Assembly: GCA_963843115.1 (NCBI GenBank)
Contig: CAWJJB010000007.1
Span: 2,203,282-2,267,281, forward strand
Reading direction: 5' to 3'
DNA: 64,000 nucleotides
Source: an uncultured Gemmatimonadales bacterium
GTDB lineage: Bacteria; Gemmatimonadota; Gemmatimonadetes; Gemmatimonadales; GWC2-71-9
Shown here: piece after piece, positions 36,910 through 44,663 of the stretch
Layout of the letters: each line of letters opens with the position of its first letter
How positions within the stretch are numbered: position 1 is the first letter of the stretch
Notes under the pieces: generated by a model
Told to the model about the DNA's origin: nothing
The model's database searches: none
The model's input: only the letters and a program-made list of their open reading frames with translations
Position numbers and translations under genes: made by a program

Positions 36910-37686
36910 TTCGGCACCTCCAGCGTCGCATCCAGGAACTCCTTGAGCGCAAGGACGAATTCGTCCGGTCGGTCGAGCATCAGCCAGTGACTGGCTCCCG
37001 CCACCGGCACGATGTCGAGGTCGGGAACCTGCGCATGCAGGCTCATGGGAGAATCATTGGCAGCGTCCACGATGAGGCGCACCGGTCCGGGGTAGCGCAG
37101 AAGGAGGGCACGCGGATCGGTGGCGAAGAGCGCGGTGTACGCGCCGGCGAGCGTGGCACGGTCAGTAGCGGCCAGGCTGGCCAGCACCGCATCCCGCGTG
37201 CGGGGCGAGGCTCGCTCAAGGTTCGCCTCATACGCCGCCCGTACAAAGGATCCGTCCTCGTCCTGCAGTACCGTATCGATGAACGCCTCGAGGGTCGACA
37301 CCGGCTACCTGGTCGAAGGCGCCCGCCGGATCCACCAGTGCCAGCGCCAGCACGCGGCCCGGGGCCCGCGTCGCCACCGCCAGCGCCACCGTGGCGCCAA
37401 AGCTGTGTCCCACGAGCACGAAGCGCGCGAGGCCGAGCGAGTCGGCAACCTGAAGCACGTCGTCGACAAAGTCATCCAGCCCCGAATTGGCGAACGTCGC
37501 GGCCGCCGATGCGCCGTGGCCCCGCAGGTCGAGCGCGATGGCACGGTGCGTCTTGCGGAGTTCTCCCAGCATTTCGGTCCAGAACTCCGTTCGTCCGCCG
37601 AGGCTGTGGACCAGCAGGCAGGCAGGCTCGCCGGTGCCGCCGTCATCGACCGCAATGGGACCGGCCCTCCCCGTCACCTCGATCAC
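36906..37686 (-). CDS. alpha/beta hydrolase, interrupted by a +1 frame break near 37300 (ORFs 37228-37686 and 36906-37301)
   Basis: The N-part has LLVHSLGG and nucleophile elbow VGHSFG. The C-part has the catalytic His region AGASHWLMLDRPDEF. Neither half is a complete fold alone. Confidence 0.7.
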
Positions 37687-38819
37687 GCCAGCACCTCGCC
37701 AAGCCCGGACAACAGGAGGTTGGCCTCCGCCGGCGAGAATGACAGCGGCGGCAGCAGGCGCAGCACGTCGGGGTCGCTTGACGTGCCGGTGAGGATGCGG
37801 CGCTCGAACAGCGAACGCTGCACCGGCTGCGCCGGGACCGGGAGGCGCAGGCCCAGCAGCAGTCCATGCCCCTGCACTGCCAGTGCACCAAGCGCGAGGG
37901 CGCCCTCACGGAGCTGTTGCCCGACGCGAGCGGCATTGGCCGCGAGACCCTCGCGCTCAATGACGTCGAGCGTCGCGAGCCCGGTGGCGCAGGCGAGGGG
38001 ACCGCCGCCAAAGGTGCTCCCCAGGTCGCCCGTGCTGACGCCCTCGGCAAGGAAGTCGCCCACCACGACCGCTCCGATCGGGAACCCTGATGCCAGCCCC
38101 TTCGCCATCGTGACAGCGTCGGGTGTGACACCGTAGAACTCTGCCGCACTGAAGGCGCCGAGCCGGCCGACGCCGCACTGGATCTCGTCGAAGATGAGTG
38201 CCACGCCATGGCGCGAGCACGCTGCGCGTGCCGCCTCCAGGAAGGCGTGCGAACAGTCGCGAGCACCCGACATGCCCTGCACTGGCTCCACGATGAGCGC
38301 CGCCACCGAATCGTCGATGGCCCGCTCGAGCGCCTCGACGTCGTTGAATGGCGTCTTGAGCGAGAGCGGCATGCCGGCACGGCGCGCCCCCGCCTCATAC
38401 TTCGCCCCGTCGGTGACGGCGAGCGTTGCCACGGTGCGACCATGCCAGCCACCCGTCACCGAGACCACGAGCTCGCGACCGGTGCGCTTCCGGGCCAGCG
38501 CGAGGGCATTCTCATTGGCTTCTGCCCCGGAGTTGCAGAAAAAGATCTGGTCGAGCCCCACCGGCATGAGTGCGGCGATTCGTGCCGCGAGCAATTCCCG
38601 GTTCGGGTGCGGTAGCACGGTCGAATAGAAGATCAGTTGCGAAGCCTGCTCCGCAATCGCGCGCACGACGTGTGGGTGGCAATGCCCGGTGCTCGCCACC
38701 GCATGTCCACCGTACGCATCCAGCCAGCGGTGGCCATCGACGTCGATGATCCAGCTCCCCTCGCCTCTCACAGGCTGCACGGGAAACTGGGCGTAGACCG
38801 GCAACAGGGAACTCGTCAC
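37683..38819 (-). CDS. argD: acetylornithine aminotransferase
   Basis: Class-III aminotransferase, 378 aa (FDEIQCGVGRLG, TMAKGLASG). GTG start at 38819. Confidence 0.9.
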   Translation of the reverse strand: MTSSLLPVYAQFPVQPVRGEGSWIIDVDGHRWLDAYGGHAVASTGHCHPHVVRAIAEQASQLIFYSTVLPHPNRELLAARIAALMPVGLDQIFFCNSGAEANENALALARKRTGRELVVSVTGGWHGRTVATLAVTDGAKYEAGARRAGMPLSLKTPFNDVEALERAIDDSVAALIVEPVQGMSGARDCSHAFLEAARAACSRHGVALIFDEIQCGVGRLGAFSAAEFYGVTPDAVTMAKGLASGFPIGAVVVGDFLAEGVSTGDLGSTFGGGPLACATGLATLDVIEREGLAANAARVGQQLREGALALGALAVQGHGLLLGLRLPVPAQPVQRSLFERRILTGTSSDPDVLRLLPPLSFSPAEANLLLSGLGEVLA

Positions 38820-38840
38820 GCCCTCACGTCCTCACGCCTG
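38817..38840 (-). repeat. tandem octamer array (3 units) between the argC stop and argD start
   Basis: Plus strand: cacgccct cacgtcct cacgcctg. The first cac is the argD GTG start, and the argC stop follows 1 nt later. Confidence 0.8.
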
Positions 38841-38841
38841 C

Positions 38842-39864
38842 TCAACATGGAAATATCCCGCCACCCACCAGCCCCCGCCGCTCGTCGATGCCGAGCGCCA
38901 GGTTCATCGCCTGCACCGCCTGGCCGCCGGCGCCCTTTACCAGGTTGTCGATCGCGATCATCACCTGGACTTCCCGGCCATCGGCCGAAGGCACCGCGTG
39001 GATGTGGGCTTCATTCGTGCCGACCACGTGCGTGAGCTCCGGCGGCTGGTCCAGGATCCGGACGAAGGGACGGTCCGCGTACGCGCTTCGATACAGCTCC
39101 GCCGGTGCCCCGCCTGTCTCCGCCATCCTGGCATGCAGCGTCAGGTAGATCCCACGCACGAACGGTCCACTGTGCGTCATCAGGCGGGCCGACGCGTCCG
39201 CGCGCCCCGTCCACTTGCGCCAGCTGGTGAGCACCTCGGCCTCGTGCCGATGCCCCATGACGCCGTAGGCAAAGAGGTTGTGCGCTCGCGCCGGATGGTG
39301 CGTTGCAGGCCGCGGATGGACGCCGGCGCCGCTCGATCCCGTCACGGCAAAGAGGGCCGGCTCGATCCCGGCAATGCCGGCGAGTGGATAGAGGGCCAGT
39401 TGCGCCGCCGTCGCGAAACAACCCGGCGCCGCAAGCGCCGTGGCACCCTTCAGTCGGGCGCCCTCGACGTCAGCGAGACCGTAGCGAAACCGCGGCAGCA
39501 ACTCGGGCGATGGATGCGCGCCGTAGTACTGCGCATAGAGCGCCGGGTCCTGTACGCGAAAATCCGCCGCGATGTCGATCACCAGGCCGGGATTGCCGGC
39601 GAAGATGGCCGGCGCCAGCCGCGATGACTCTCCATGCTCGAGGGAGAGGAAGACCACATCACAGCCTTGCGCGGCATCCGCCGGCTCCATCGACACGAAC
39701 GTGCGATCCGTCAGCGCGCGGAGCTGGGGATGGACGTCGCCCACCGGCTTGCCCGCCTGGCTCCGGCTCGTCGCCACCCAGTCGGTGATGTCGGGATGGG
39801 AAAGGAGGAGACGGAGGAGCTCGCCACCGGCATAGCCCGCGGCGCCGATCACGGCTACGCGCAT
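38842..39864 (-). CDS. argC: N-acetyl-gamma-glutamyl-phosphate reductase
   Basis: MRVAVIGAAGYAGGELLRLL and active-site APGCFATA. Start trimmed to ATG 39864, 2 nt after the upstream stop. Confidence 0.9.
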   Translation of the reverse strand: MRVAVIGAAGYAGGELLRLLLSHPDITDWVATSRSQAGKPVGDVHPQLRALTDRTFVSMEPADAAQGCDVVFLSLEHGESSRLAPAIFAGNPGLVIDIAADFRVQDPALYAQYYGAHPSPELLPRFRYGLADVEGARLKGATALAAPGCFATAAQLALYPLAGIAGIEPALFAVTGSSGAGVHPRPATHHPARAHNLFAYGVMGHRHEAEVLTSWRKWTGRADASARLMTHSGPFVRGIYLTLHARMAETGGAPAELYRSAYADRPFVRILDQPPELTHVVGTNEAHIHAVPSADGREVQVMIAIDNLVKGAGGQAVQAMNLALGIDERRGLVGGGIFPC

Positions 39865-39866
39865 CG

Positions 39867-40955
39867 TCAGGCCGGGGTGAGCGCGTCCGCCGGTCGCGCC
39901 GCCTGCCATGCCGCCATCGAGGCCAGCACCACCTCCACCAGCTTCTCAGGCTCACGCCGGGCGTTGAATGCGGGGACGTTGAGTTCGGCGTTGACATAGT
40001 CGCGACCGACTTCGTTGTCCGTGGCGGGACCGGTGATCACCGTGATCGCGAGCCCATAGCGCTGCTCCATGAGCACCTTCGCGCCCCAGCAGCCCACCGG
40101 GTCGGGTGCCGCCATGACCCATGCAGCGCCTGCCGCCGCCAGCTCGGGATCGGCCAGGATGTCCTGCACCCCATATTCGCCCAGGATGCCGTCACCCAGC
40201 TCGGCCACGATCACGTCGGGCTTGCCCTGCGCGAGCCGGTTGAGGATGCCCTTGGCGCTCGACACGGTGACGCCCGGGTGGGTGGTCGCGATACCGATGT
40301 CGTTGAAGGTCAGCGCCGCACTGGCACCGGCATCGCGCATCGCCAGGGCATCGCGCATGAGCGACACACCGGTGAGCTTGGCGGCAGCCACCTTGAGCCC
40401 ACTCCGATACAGACCACGCACCAGCTCGGCGGCCGCGACCGTCTTGCCGGCGTTCATGCAGGTACCGGCGATGTACACCACCGGCGCGGAGCACTCGAGC
40501 ACCTCCGCCGTCGGCACCGACCGGTCCTTGATGTGCGCCGGGCGCCCCACCCGATCACCCAGTTCCGGGAAGGCCAGGATCGCGCCGAGCACATCGGCCT
40601 TGAATGGCGCGCCGATGTCCGGGTTGGCCGAGGTGCACTTGCCCAGGATGCCACCGAGGTTCAGTACCTCGATGACGTCGCCCACCGCGATGCGCGCCGG
40701 TACGATGCCGGCATAGCCCCGCAGGGCGCGGCGCGCGCCGAGGGTGCCGGCGAGCACGTCCCCGGCGCGGAGCGTCACCATGCGGCCGGACAGGTCCTCC
40801 ACCGAGTTGTAGGCGGCCTTGTCCTCCCGGATGCGCACCGCCAGCACGTATCCCTCCTGCGCCACGATCTGGTCGCCCACGATCACCTCGGTCGCCAGCG
40901 CGGCATTCCGGGTGGAAGACGAGATCTTGTCGAGCTTGACGCGCGTGGTGATCAC
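39867..40955 (-). CDS. uncharacterised two-domain protein: N-terminal beta-rich domain plus BioD/CobQ-like P-loop domain
   Basis: GTG 40955 overlaps the argG TGA (GTGA), with AAGGAG upstream. P-loop-like VVYIAGTCMNAGKTVAAAELVRGLYRSGLKVAAAKLTG and Walker-B-like DVIVAELGDGILGEY. No family recognised with confidence. Confidence 0.7.
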   Translation of the reverse strand: MITTRVKLDKISSSTRNAALATEVIVGDQIVAQEGYVLAVRIREDKAAYNSVEDLSGRMVTLRAGDVLAGTLGARRALRGYAGIVPARIAVGDVIEVLNLGGILGKCTSANPDIGAPFKADVLGAILAFPELGDRVGRPAHIKDRSVPTAEVLECSAPVVYIAGTCMNAGKTVAAAELVRGLYRSGLKVAAAKLTGVSLMRDALAMRDAGASAALTFNDIGIATTHPGVTVSSAKGILNRLAQGKPDVIVAELGDGILGEYGVQDILADPELAAAGAAWVMAAPDPVGCWGAKVLMEQRYGLAITVITGPATDNEVGRDYVNAELNVPAFNARREPEKLVEVVLASMAAWQAARPADALTPA

Positions 40956-42172
40956 AGGCTCTCCTTGGCGCCCCTGGCGCCCTGAACTCCAGCTCGCTCC
41001 GCCAGCAGCGACGGAATGGCGGCGATCCGCGAGAAATCCCGCGCCTCCGCACCGGTCCACAGACGGTTGTCCTCGCCATAGGTGGCGACGGACGGGTCCA
41101 TCATCGAGAAGGGACTCCGCGCCCCGGTGACACGCGTCCGCCCCGCGGAAAGCCGCACGCGCGTCTCACCCGTGACCCGCTGCTGCGAGCTGGTGAACAT
41201 CGCCTCGATGTCGCGCAGCGCCGGGTCGAAGTACTGCCCCTCGTGCAGCCGGTCGCCATAGAAGCGACCGAGCTGGTCCTTCCAGAACACCTGCCACTTC
41301 GTCAGCACCAGCTTCTCGAGCTCACGATGGGCCTGGATCAGCAGCAGCGCCGCACCGGCCTCGAAGCCGATGCGACCCTTGATGCCGAGGGCCGTCTCGC
41401 CCACGTGAATGCCGCGGCCGGCGCCGTAGGCGGCGCAGAGGTCGCCCAGCTGGTCCACCAAGGTGGCACCATCGAGCGCCACGCCGTCGATGGACAGTGG
41501 AATGCCCTGCTCCCAGCCGATGACGATCTCCCGGGTCGCGGGGGCATCCGCTGGCGGCTCGAAGAGCTCGTCGGGCGGGCCGGCCCAGGTATCGTGGGTC
41601 CAGCCACCGCCATACGTGGTGCCCCACAGGCCGCGGTTGATGCTGTACGCACTCGCCTTGGCCGGCACCGGAAGGCCGCGCGCCTCGAGGTACGCGATCG
41701 AGTCGGCCCGCTGGAGGTTTGCGTCGCGGATGGGAGTGAGGATCTGCAGCTCGGGAGCGAGCACCCGGAACGCCACGTCGAATCGCACCTGATCGTTGCC
41801 CGCCCCGGTCGATCCATGCGCCACGGCGCCGGCGCCCATCGCGCGGGCCGCCTCGATGACGGAAATGGCCTGCTGGGTGCGCTCGGCCGCGACACTCAGT
41901 GGGTAGACCTCGCCCCGGAGCACGTTGCCCTGGATCAGGTAGCGCACGAAGCGATCAAAGACTGCTGCCCGGGCATCCACCTCGTGGTGGCGTCGCGCGC
42001 CCACCGCCTCCGCCTGGCGCCGGATCACCGCCCGGTCCTCGGCGGTGCTGCCACCGGTATTGACGAACACCGTCTCCACCGCCCAGCCGTCATCGGCCAG
42101 CCGGGGCACGCAGTACGACGTATCGAGGCCGCCGGAGAAGGCCAAGGCGACGCGGGGCTCAGGAGATTGCAT
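40952..42172 (-). CDS. argG: argininosuccinate synthase
   Basis: AFSGGLDTS ATP-binding motif, 406 aa. Confidence 0.9.
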   Translation of the reverse strand: MQSPEPRVALAFSGGLDTSYCVPRLADDGWAVETVFVNTGGSTAEDRAVIRRQAEAVGARRHHEVDARAAVFDRFVRYLIQGNVLRGEVYPLSVAAERTQQAISVIEAARAMGAGAVAHGSTGAGNDQVRFDVAFRVLAPELQILTPIRDANLQRADSIAYLEARGLPVPAKASAYSINRGLWGTTYGGGWTHDTWAGPPDELFEPPADAPATREIVIGWEQGIPLSIDGVALDGATLVDQLGDLCAAYGAGRGIHVGETALGIKGRIGFEAGAALLLIQAHRELEKLVLTKWQVFWKDQLGRFYGDRLHEGQYFDPALRDIEAMFTSSQQRVTGETRVRLSAGRTRVTGARSPFSMMDPSVATYGEDNRLWTGAEARDFSRIAAIPSLLAERAGVQGARGAKESL

Positions 42173-42188
42173 AACGCATAAACATGCA
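42168..42188 (-). promoter_or_regulatory. candidate ArgR operator overlapping the argG start
   Basis: Sense strand TGCATGTTTATGCGTTATGCA. It is an AT-rich island carrying three GCAT/ATGC half-sites, and its last ATG is the argG start codon. Confidence 0.3.
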
Positions 42189-42231
42189 GTCTACCCGGTT
42201 CGCGCGCAAGGCGTGGCGGCGCCACGCCGGG

Positions 42232-43314
42232 CTACCAGTCCTCCGCCAGCGTCCGCACGAGTTGCGCGAGCGCCTGCACGTCCCGCAGGTCCACCACCTC
42301 CGCCGGCGAATGCGCATAGCGCAGCGGCCACGCGACCGGGACGTCGGGCACGCCCCACGCGCCGAACACCGAACCGTCGTTCCCCCCGTTGGTGGAGCCC
42401 ACCTGCAGCGGGATCCGGCGGCGCGCCGCCAGCTGCACCAGTGTGTCCACCAGGGCTGGCGGCGTCACGCTGCTGTTGTCCAGCGCCCGGGCCACGGCGC
42501 CCGACCCAAGTGCCACGTCGGCGAAAGTCTTGATCTCCAGGGGCGAGTCGGACGACACGAAGGTGTCCACCGCATGCACCCGCGCCGGCGACAGGCCCAG
42601 GGCATCGGCCACCACCCTCGCCCCTTCGAGACCGGTCTCCTCCCGTACGCTCCACACGAAGATCACCCGATGGCGGAGTCGCTTCGGGTCGAGCTGCCGA
42701 AGCGCCAGGACCAGCGCCGCGCAGCCCACGCGATCATCGAATGAGCGACCGGTAGCCCGGGTGCCGGCCAGCGGCACGAATGCCTTCGGCATGGTGAGGG
42801 TGTGACCCACCCGGACACCCATCCCCTCCACTTCCTGCCGGGAGGACACACCGATCGTGGCTCGCACCGGGGGCGGCGCGCGCCGCGGAGCGTCACCGAC
42901 GGAGTCGCGTGGCAGGAAGATCCCCGGGATGTCGCGATCGCCGGTGTGCACCAGTGCTGGCTGGGCCTCGAAGAGCGACAGGAAGAACCCGCCGCGCGGC
43001 TTGAGCTCGAGCGTGCCGTCATCCTCAATGCCGCCAATGACAAAACCGATCTCGTCAAGATGGGCCACGAACACCACCAGGGGTTCACCCTGCCCCGCCT
43101 CGATCAGCAGGTTCCCCGCCGAGTCGGTCGTGGGTCGCGCCCAGGCGGGCAGCATGCGCGTGACCGCGTCGCGCACCGGGCCTTCCATTCCGGAGACACC
43201 GTAGGTCTCGATCAGCGGCGCGAGGACGGTCCGTACGTCGTCAAGTGATGGCTGCTGGGCGGACGCCAGTGACGGAGGCAGGAACAGCGCGACAAGCACC
43301 ACCAGCCGGCGCAT
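42232..43314 (-). CDS. M42-family metallopeptidase with signal peptide
   Basis: MRRLVVLVALFLPPSLASAQ, then VSGMEGPVRD, VFVAHLDEIGF, SFDDRVGCAAL, SVREETGLEGA. Confidence 0.8.
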   Translation of the reverse strand: MRRLVVLVALFLPPSLASAQQPSLDDVRTVLAPLIETYGVSGMEGPVRDAVTRMLPAWARPTTDSAGNLLIEAGQGEPLVVFVAHLDEIGFVIGGIEDDGTLELKPRGGFFLSLFEAQPALVHTGDRDIPGIFLPRDSVGDAPRRAPPPVRATIGVSSRQEVEGMGVRVGHTLTMPKAFVPLAGTRATGRSFDDRVGCAALVLALRQLDPKRLRHRVIFVWSVREETGLEGARVVADALGLSPARVHAVDTFVSSDSPLEIKTFADVALGSGAVARALDNSSVTPPALVDTLVQLAARRRIPLQVGSTNGGNDGSVFGAWGVPDVPVAWPLRYAHSPAEVVDLRDVQALAQLVRTLAEDW

Positions 43315-44219
43315 CACTGGCCCGCCTCGATCCAGCGCGCCAGGCTCGTTCTCAGCGCCTCGGCGCCGGCGAGGGAGACCGTCTCCACGGTGGTCCATGC
43401 GTGCGCCACCGGCAGCAGCCATCCGTCGGGGGTACGCTGGGCGGAGCCCGGCGCTCCGGCGGCGCCGTCCACCAGGCGCTCCTCGGTGAAGGGTCCGAAG
43501 GTGCGCCGTACCGTGCGCAGGCCGCGCTGGGAAAGGTTCTGCTCCGTGACGAAGGCGATCACCACGGTGCCCGAGCGCGGCGAGACGTCGCGAGCAGCGA
43601 GCACCAGTGCAGCGCATGCCGCGCGGCGCCCCGCCATCGGCGCCGCGAGCAGGTCGCCGCCGTATCGAAGCGGCTGTTTAACGAGCGACACCGGCGTGAG
43701 CACACCCGCACCCAGGCCTGTCACTTCCTGCGCGGTGGCCGCACCGACATCCACCCGCGCGTCATCCACGTTGAAGGGCTCGTCCGCTGCCCCGTTGCGA
43801 CCGCGCGTGAGGTGAACGGAGCGCACCGCCACCACCCCCGGGACCGGACCCCGCCGCCCGTACAGCGTCACCCGATGACCCTCGAGCTGCTGGTCGAAGA
43901 GGGGCGACGGCCAGCGCCCCGGCGCACGACGCAGGGTGAGGTAACCATCCGCTTCCACCTCTCCCACTACCCAGCCCGGCTCGTCGAGCGGACAGGCCAG
44001 CAGGCGGCGCGGCGAACCCGTGCCGAGCACCAGCACGGCGCTGCCCGACCGGTCGCGTGTCGATTCGGGAAGCAGGTTGATGAGGGTGTCGACGAACGCC
44101 TGCTCGAATCCCGTCACCGCGGTGATGCCGGCGAGGCGTTCGACGAGCAGGGACGACGGAGTCGCCTGGGCCAGCAGCGGCGATGCGACGAGGAGCGGGA
44201 ACAGAAAGAAAAGGCGCAT
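43314..44219 (-). CDS. M42-like paralogue with degenerate metal/catalytic motifs, signal peptide
   Basis: MRLFFLFPLLVASPLLAQ. Aligned motifs are changed: AHLDE to ACPLDE, DDRVG to MAGRRA, REETG to TEQNL. The stop overlaps the downstream ATG by 1 nt. Confidence 0.6.
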   Translation of the reverse strand: MRLFFLFPLLVASPLLAQATPSSLLVERLAGITAVTGFEQAFVDTLINLLPESTRDRSGSAVLVLGTGSPRRLLACPLDEPGWVVGEVEADGYLTLRRAPGRWPSPLFDQQLEGHRVTLYGRRGPVPGVVAVRSVHLTRGRNGAADEPFNVDDARVDVGAATAQEVTGLGAGVLTPVSLVKQPLRYGGDLLAAPMAGRRAACAALVLAARDVSPRSGTVVIAFVTEQNLSQRGLRTVRRTFGPFTEERLVDGAAGAPGSAQRTPDGWLLPVAHAWTTVETVSLAGAEALRTSLARWIEAGQ

Positions 44220-44261
44220 TACCAATGGTAATGCGCCGAACTCACGCCGATACAAGGCGAC

Positions 44262-44567
44262 CTACTCCATTCCCCCGTCCAGGTCGTACACGTAGGCAGC
44301 GGAACCGTCACCACCAGACGATTCGGTCGCGACATTCCGGAGGGCGTCGATCGACTCGAGCATTGACGATGCGAACGCAAATTCAACAGCGTGCGGCGTG
44401 CCCGGCATTCCCGTGACATCCGGAACGTACGCCACGAGAAAGCGATCGGTCACCTCCGCGGAGTGGTTGATGCTCTGGGCCGGGGGGAGCCCATGGCGAG
44501 CCGCGATCTCCTGCACCAGCCGGTCAGCCCGTACCTGCCGGTCGAGCTCCAGGGACACAAGCGACAT
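44262..44567 (-). CDS. small hypothetical protein (101 aa)
   Basis: ORF with protein-like, acidic composition and no competing gene. No motif recognised. Confidence 0.35.
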   Translation of the reverse strand: MSLVSLELDRQVRADRLVQEIAARHGLPPAQSINHSAEVTDRFLVAYVPDVTGMPGTPHAVEFAFASSMLESIDALRNVATESSGGDGSAAYVYDLDGGME

Positions 44568-44663
44568 GATCAGGACCCATTTCTCCGGTCCGGGACGTCG
44601 GCGGACCGATGCGGCTGGGAGATCACGAGGCGACGCCCAGCCCCGAATCCAGACAACCTTCTT

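Noticed and set aside
44568-44663. Hairpins (CGGTCCG-n9-CGGACCG; GCTGGG-n16-CCCAGC) in the gap after the carboxylesterase gene, as a terminator or sRNA.
   Set aside because: The stems are short, there is no U-tract on the transcribed (minus) strand, and I cannot assess conservation.
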